The position numbers and the translations under genes were made by a program. Below are positions 27,470 through 32,000 of a DNA stretch of 32,000 bases, piece by piece. How positions within the stretch are numbered: position 1 is the first letter of the stretch; every line of letters starts with the position of its first letter. The notes beneath the pieces are model-generated. The model searched no databases, was not told the DNA's origin, and saw nothing but the letters and a program-made list of their open reading frames with translations. Origin of the DNA: Zymomonas mobilis subsp. mobilis ATCC 10988 (GTDB taxonomy: Bacteria; Pseudomonadota; Alphaproteobacteria; Sphingomonadales; Sphingomonadaceae); the NCBI RefSeq assembly GCF_000175255.2, contig NC_017262.1, positions 1,830,001 through 1,862,000 on the forward strand. The letters run 5' to 3'.

Positions 27470-27700
27470 ATGTTAATACCTGGTTTTAAAAAAGACCAAC
27501 CGGCTAAAGTTGAATATCTTGATGGCCATTTTCGCCTTCTCTCACGAGGAAGCCACGTAATTTGCGCGATTTCTGGGAAATCGATTGACCTTGATTCCCT
27601 TCATTATTGGAGCGTTGAAAAACAGGAACCCTATGCCTCTGCTTACGAAGCAGAAATAGCCTATTCTCGTGAGCAAGAAGCTAAAAAAGATAACGCGTAG
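27470..27700 (+). CDS. DUF2093-like small protein
   Basis: MLIPGFKKDQPAKVEYLDGHFRLLSRGSHVICAISGKSIDLDSLHYWSVEKQEPYASAYEA...; resembles the small alphaproteobacterial DUF2093 family (recalled, not searched). The track start at 27467 is a TTG; the ATG at 27470 is preferred. Confidence 0.65.
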   Translation: MLIPGFKKDQPAKVEYLDGHFRLLSRGSHVICAISGKSIDLDSLHYWSVEKQEPYASAYEAEIAYSREQEAKKDNA

Positions 27701-27904
27701 CTATTCTCCTGTAGGATTATTGCAGAATAAGGGCTTGCATTTTTTTAGAATTTTATAGGGATTAAAGGCGCGTTGTCGTGATATTTGGGAAGCTGATATC
27801 GTTAAAATGATAATTTTTGGTTCTTATTTTCAGCAGAAGGTTTTCATTTCAGCATAAAATGTCTAAGGGACACGCATCTTTCCGGTTACTCGCGTGAGGG
27901 ATCC

Positions 27905-28840
27905 ATGAAGCTGCTTGCCGGTAATTCTAATTTGCCGATTAGTCAGGCTATTGCCGACTATCTTGAAATTGATCTGACCAAAGCGTCCGTGCGTCGCTTT
28001 GCAGATGAAGAAATTTTTGTTGAAATCCGCGAAAATGTCCGCGGACAGGATGTCTTTGTTATCCAGTCAACTTGCTGGCCGACAAATGATAACCTGATGG
28101 AGCTGTTAATTTGCATTGACGCTCTGAAACGGGCTTCTGCTCGTCGTATTACGGCTGTTATTCCGTATTTCGGCTATGCCAGACAAGACCGTAAACCAGG
28201 ACCTCGTACGCCGATTTCGGCAAAGCTGGTTGCCAACCTGATAACAGTCGCCGGTGCAAGCCGTGTCCTGTCGGTTGACCTCCATGCAGGTCAGATACAG
28301 GGATTTTTTGATATCCCGACTGACAATCTCTATGCTGCTCCCGTGATGTCAGCAGACATCCTTGCGCGCTTCCCCGATAAAAAACTGACGGTTGTTTCAC
28401 CTGATGTTGGCGGTGTTGTTCGTGCAAGAGCTCTGGCAAAGCGTCTTGATAATGCGCCTTTGGCCATTGTCGATAAACGGCGTGAACGTCCGGGCGAATC
28501 AGAAGTGATGAATATTATTGGTGACGTCTCTGGTCGCTTCTGTATTCTGATCGATGATATCGTCGATTCTGCTGGGACCTTGTGCAATGCGGCTGAAGCT
28601 CTTTTGAATGCAGGGGCTGAAGGCGTTATTGCTTATGTGACCCACGGTGTTCTTTCGGGTGCCGCTGTTGCCAGAGTTGAAAAATCGTCACTTCAGGAAC
28701 TGGTTGTAACCGATTCTATCGGAATGCGCCCAGAAGTTGAACAATGCGCCAAAATTCGCCAATTATCCTTAGCGCCTTTATTGGCCGAGGCTATTCGGCG
28801 TATCGCTGATGAAACTTCGGTTTCTTCATTGTTTGACTAA
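27905..28840 (+). CDS. prs: Ribose-phosphate pyrophosphokinase
   Basis: [56 protein letters not shown]..., [67 protein letters not shown]. Confidence 0.97.
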   Translation: MKLLAGNSNLPISQAIADYLEIDLTKASVRRFADEEIFVEIRENVRGQDVFVIQSTCWPTNDNLMELLICIDALKRASARRITAVIPYFGYARQDRKPGPRTPISAKLVANLITVAGASRVLSVDLHAGQIQGFFDIPTDNLYAAPVMSADILARFPDKKLTVVSPDVGGVVRARALAKRLDNAPLAIVDKRRERPGESEVMNIIGDVSGRFCILIDDIVDSAGTLCNAAEALLNAGAEGVIAYVTHGVLSGAAVARVEKSSLQELVVTDSIGMRPEVEQCAKIRQLSLAPLLAEAIRRIADETSVSSLFD

Positions 28841-28844
28841 AAAT

Positions 28845-28866
28845 AAAGCCTGCGTAAGCAGGCTTT
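28845..28866 (+). terminator. Rho-independent terminator after prs
   Basis: aaagcctgc-gtaa-gcaggcttt followed by tt, 9-bp perfect stem, 3' of prs. Confidence 0.8.
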
Positions 28867-28885
28867 TTCTATTTCGGAGATAATC

Positions 28886-29665
28886 ATGTCCCGAAGCGCT
28901 TATGAAGATGATATTCGTCTTGCTCATCGGCTAGCTGATGTTGCTGCGGATATTATCCGGCCTTTCTTTCGTGCACCGTTAACGATTGACCTCAAAGCTG
29001 ATCATTCACCGGTGACAAAAGCCGATCGTGGTGCCGAACAGGCTATGCGGGCTATTCTTGAAAAAGAACGGCCAGAAGACGGCATTTTTGGCGAAGAAAT
29101 GGGTGTCTCCCGTCCTGATGCTCGCCGCCTTTGGGTCTTGGATCCAATAGATGGAACACGAGCCTTTATTGGTGGACGGGCTAGCTTCGGAACATTGATT
29201 GCTTTGGTTGAAGATGGTCGACCTGTTCTTGGAATTATTAACCAGCCTATCCATCAAGAACGTTGGGTCGGAGTTAAAGATTTACCTACCCGCTTTAATG
29301 GGGAAGTTATTCATACGCGGTCTTGTCCAGCCCTTGATCATGCACTGTTAGCGACAACCTCGCCTTGGCTGTTTGAAAAAGAAGGCGAAGTCCATTTTGA
29401 TAAAATCCGCTTAAAGTGTCGGGATACCTTATTGGGTGGGGACTGTTACAATTATGGTCTTCTTTCTCTTGGTCACTGCGATCTTGTGGTCGAACAAGGA
29501 CTAAAATTTTACGATTTTGCTGCCCTTGTGCCTATTGTCGAAGGGGCAGGGGGTATCATGCGTGATTGGCAGAACCGTCCACTCAATAAAAACAGCGTTG
29601 GCGAAGTCATTGCCGCAGGCGATCATCACTTGATCGAACCAGCATTGTCTGCCATGGAATTATAA
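28886..29665 (+). CDS. hisN: Inositol monophosphatase family protein (HisN-like histidinol-phosphatase)
   Basis: DHSPVTKADRGAEQAMRAILEKERPEDGIFGEEMG, WVLDPIDGTRAFIGGRASFGTLIAL (IMPase motif DPIDGT), GGDCYNYGLLSLGHCDLVVEQGLKFYDFAALVPIVEGAGG. Confidence 0.82.
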   Translation: MSRSAYEDDIRLAHRLADVAADIIRPFFRAPLTIDLKADHSPVTKADRGAEQAMRAILEKERPEDGIFGEEMGVSRPDARRLWVLDPIDGTRAFIGGRASFGTLIALVEDGRPVLGIINQPIHQERWVGVKDLPTRFNGEVIHTRSCPALDHALLATTSPWLFEKEGEVHFDKIRLKCRDTLLGGDCYNYGLLSLGHCDLVVEQGLKFYDFAALVPIVEGAGGIMRDWQNRPLNKNSVGEVIAAGDHHLIEPALSAMEL

Positions 29666-29680
29666 GCCTTTGTAAGTTTA

Positions 29681-29732
29681 AGAAAGAGCGGCTTGTCAAA
29701 TAGGGATACCCTCTTTATAAACCGCCTTTCTT
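29681..29732 (+). terminator. Possible terminator or leader hairpin between hisN and rpmI
   Basis: aagaaagagcggctt ... aaaccgcctttctt form a long, slightly imperfect stem with an inner agggatacccTct element. Confidence 0.45.
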
Positions 29733-29810
29733 CCACGATCTGCTCTACACTGCCCGGCTTTTTATGGGCTGCCGTGGCGGTGGTCGATCGTCAAAATCAA
29801 GGAGACGAAA

Positions 29811-30014
29811 ATGCCCAAGTTAAAGACCAAAAGTGGGGTCAAAAAGCGGTTTAAATTCACCGCCAATGGCAAAGTAAAACATGGTGTCGCCGGTAAGCGC
29901 CATCGCCTTATCAGCCATAACGCCAAATACATCCGTCAGCACCGCCGTACCGATGTAGTTTCATCAACTGAAAACCGCACCATCAAGGCGTGGGCACCAT
30001 ACGGTTTAAACTAA
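29811..30014 (+). CDS. rpmI: 50S ribosomal protein L35
   Basis: MPKLKTKSGVKKRFKFTANGKVKHGVAGKRHRLISHNAKYIRQHRRTDVVSS.... Confidence 0.98.
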   Translation: MPKLKTKSGVKKRFKFTANGKVKHGVAGKRHRLISHNAKYIRQHRRTDVVSSTENRTIKAWAPYGLN

Positions 30015-30027
30015 GGGAGGCTGATAG

Positions 30028-30405
30028 ATGGCACGTGTAAAACGCGGTACCACCACGCGGGCAAAACATAATCGGATTCTGGATCAGGCCAAAGGTTACT
30101 ACGGTCGCCGGAAAAACACCATTCGTATTGCCCGTCAGGCAGTCGAAAAAGCCGGTCAGTATGCTTATCGCGACCGTAAGGTTAAAAAGCGTTCTTTCCG
30201 CGCACTTTGGATTCAGCGTATCAACGCTGCTGTCCGCGCAGAAGGCTTGACCTATGGTGTTTTCATGTATGGTCTGAAATTAGCCGGTCTTGATCTTGAT
30301 CGCAAAGTTCTGGCCGATCTGGCTATGAATGAATCGGCTGCTTTCGGCGCTATCATTGCTCAGGTCAAATCAGCTTTACCGGAAGGCGCACGCGTTGCAG
30401 CTTGA
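30028..30405 (+). CDS. rplT: 50S ribosomal protein L20
   Basis: [70 protein letters not shown]. Confidence 0.98.
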   Translation: MARVKRGTTTRAKHNRILDQAKGYYGRRKNTIRIARQAVEKAGQYAYRDRKVKKRSFRALWIQRINAAVRAEGLTYGVFMYGLKLAGLDLDRKVLADLAMNESAAFGAIIAQVKSALPEGARVAA

Positions 30406-30450
30406 TGATTAAGCTTTTAAATAATCGCTTTCTTTAAGGTGATTGAGAAA

Positions 30451-30490
30451 GGCATAGGAGCACTCTTCAGGGCGTTTCTATGCCTTCTTT
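30451..30490 (+). terminator. Candidate hairpin (terminator/attenuator) between rplT and pheS
   Basis: ggcatag-gagcactcttcagggcgttt-ctatgcc followed by ttcttttgtt. Confidence 0.4.
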
Positions 30491-30669
30491 TGTTATACAG
30501 TCCAGTGCGCATCTTCATTCGGCTAAACCGTATGAAGATGCGTTCTGGAAAAATTTAATGATTTACTGTCTGATATCGGCTGAATATGGCAAAAATCTTT
30601 TGGATTTTTTACGCTATAATAGGGTGATATTAAATATCTCCTTCCCATGAACAGCGCGTTAAACAGGCG

Positions 30670-31794
30670 ATGGTCACAAAAATGATGGAAAGCATGACCG
30701 ATCTAGATAATCTGAAAGCCGATCTGATCGGCCAGATCTCTCAATCAGGGGATTTGGCCGGCTTGGAATCTGTGCGCGTCCATGCCCTCGGTAAGCAAGG
30801 GGTTGTTACGGCGCTTTTAAAATCGCTCGGAAAGATGACTCCGGAAGAGCGGCAAGAAAAAGGGCCTGTCATCCACAGCCTACGACAAGCAGTGGCGCAA
30901 GGGATTGCCGATCGTAAACAGGCTTTGGAAACAGCTTTACTGAATGAAAAGCTCGCAAGCGAAACCATAGATCTTTCCTTGCCTTCTCCCAAAATGCCGA
31001 AGGGATCACTGCATCCGGTTAGTCAGGTTATGGATGAGCTGGCTGAAATTTTTGCTGACCTTGGTTTTGCGGTGGCAAGCGGGCCCGAAATCGAAGATGA
31101 GTGGCATAATTTTAGCGCTTTGAATATCCCTGAAAGTCATCCGGCTCGTGCTATGCACGACACCTTCTATTTCGAACCTCAGGAAGGGGCTTCGGATAAA
31201 GGCGATAAAGGCCGGATGTTGCTTCGGACGCATACCTCTCCGGTTCAGATCCGAACGATGCAGGGACAGGAACCCCCTATACGCATCATTGCACCGGGAC
31301 GCACCTATCGTTCGGATTCAGATGCAACTCATACGCCGATGTTTCATCAAGTCGAAGGGCTAGTCATCGATAAGGGAGTGCATCTTGGACATTTGAAATG
31401 GACGCTTGAAACTTTTGTTCGCGCCTATTTTGAACGTGATGATATCGTTCTCCGTTTACGTCCCAGTTATTTCCCCTTCACTGAACCTTCTATGGAAGTT
31501 GATGTTGGTTATACCCTTGAAAAAGGGCGTCGTATTATCGGCGGAAAACAACCGGATGGCTGGATGGAAATTTTAGGATCCGGTATGGTTCATCCCAATG
31601 TGATTACCGCTTGCGGCCTTGATCCCAATGTCTGGCAAGGTTTTGCTTTTGGTTGCGGTATCGACCGTTTGGCTATGCTGAAATATGGCATGGATGATTT
31701 ACGGGCTTTCTTTGACGGCGATTTGCGCTGGTTGCGTCACTTTGGCTTTGCCGCGCTTGACGTGCCCACACTTTCAGGAGGAGTCGGCGCATGA
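30670..31794 (+). CDS. pheS: Phenylalanyl-tRNA synthetase subunit alpha
   Basis: [103 protein letters not shown]. The actual start may be the in-frame ATG at 30694 ([11 protein letters not shown]...). Confidence 0.97.
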   Translation: MVTKMMESMTDLDNLKADLIGQISQSGDLAGLESVRVHALGKQGVVTALLKSLGKMTPEERQEKGPVIHSLRQAVAQGIADRKQALETALLNEKLASETIDLSLPSPKMPKGSLHPVSQVMDELAEIFADLGFAVASGPEIEDEWHNFSALNIPESHPARAMHDTFYFEPQEGASDKGDKGRMLLRTHTSPVQIRTMQGQEPPIRIIAPGRTYRSDSDATHTPMFHQVEGLVIDKGVHLGHLKWTLETFVRAYFERDDIVLRLRPSYFPFTEPSMEVDVGYTLEKGRRIIGGKQPDGWMEILGSGMVHPNVITACGLDPNVWQGFAFGCGIDRLAMLKYGMDDLRAFFDGDLRWLRHFGFAALDVPTLSGGVGA

Positions 31795-32000
31795 AGTTCA
31801 CGCTTTCATGGTTAAAAGAGCATCTGGAAACAGAAGCCTCTGTTCAGGAAATTGCTGATACGCTGACTCGTATCGGTCACGAAGTAGAATCGGTTCATAA
31901 TCCGGCTGACGGTTTGGAAGCATTTCGGATTGCACGCATCCTCACTGCTGAACGCCATCCACAGGCAGATCGCCTTCAGATTTTGGCGGTCGATGTCGGT
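31791..32000 (+). CDS. pheT: Phenylalanyl-tRNA synthetase subunit beta, 3' end cut by window
   Basis: [70 protein letters not shown]..., 4-bp ATGA overlap with the pheS stop, open to the window edge. Confidence 0.95.
   Translation, partial: MKFTLSWLKEHLETEASVQEIADTLTRIGHEVESVHNPADGLEAFRIARILTAERHPQADRLQILAVDVG

Overview
32 kb of ordinary-looking alphaproteobacterial chromosome. The protein sequences resemble a sphingomonad such as Zymomonas mobilis; that assignment is from memory and not confirmed. Left to right: feoB (partial) and feoA on the minus strand; dnaE (+); a degraded IS5-family transposase remnant; an HdeD-like membrane protein (-); purQ/purS (-); a KpsF/KdsD-type sugar isomerase (-); a tripartite RND efflux operon (+) of adaptor, two RND pumps and a NodT-type outer-membrane lipoprotein; an EamA/DMT transporter (-); a large TonB-dependent receptor (-); an exported hypothetical and a DUF2093-like protein (+); prs; an inositol monophosphatase/HisN-like gene; rpmI-rplT; and pheS-pheT (partial). 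No CRISPR array, tRNA, rRNA or prophage was seen. The strongest unusual signal is in the outer-membrane efflux gene. Its ORF carries a ~430-aa N-terminal extension before a normal-looking lipoprotein signal sequence. The extension is largely an in-frame array of 14-aa (42-bp) motifs, including two tandem 252-bp higher-order units (19429-19680 and 19681-19932). The motif appears to merge into the signal peptide itself (VRKSTKAFFLSSSE / IRKSVKALFLLPPLALVLAGC). A second oddity in the same operon is a ~71-aa Ser/Thr/Asn/Gly/Ala-rich insertion in the second RND pump.
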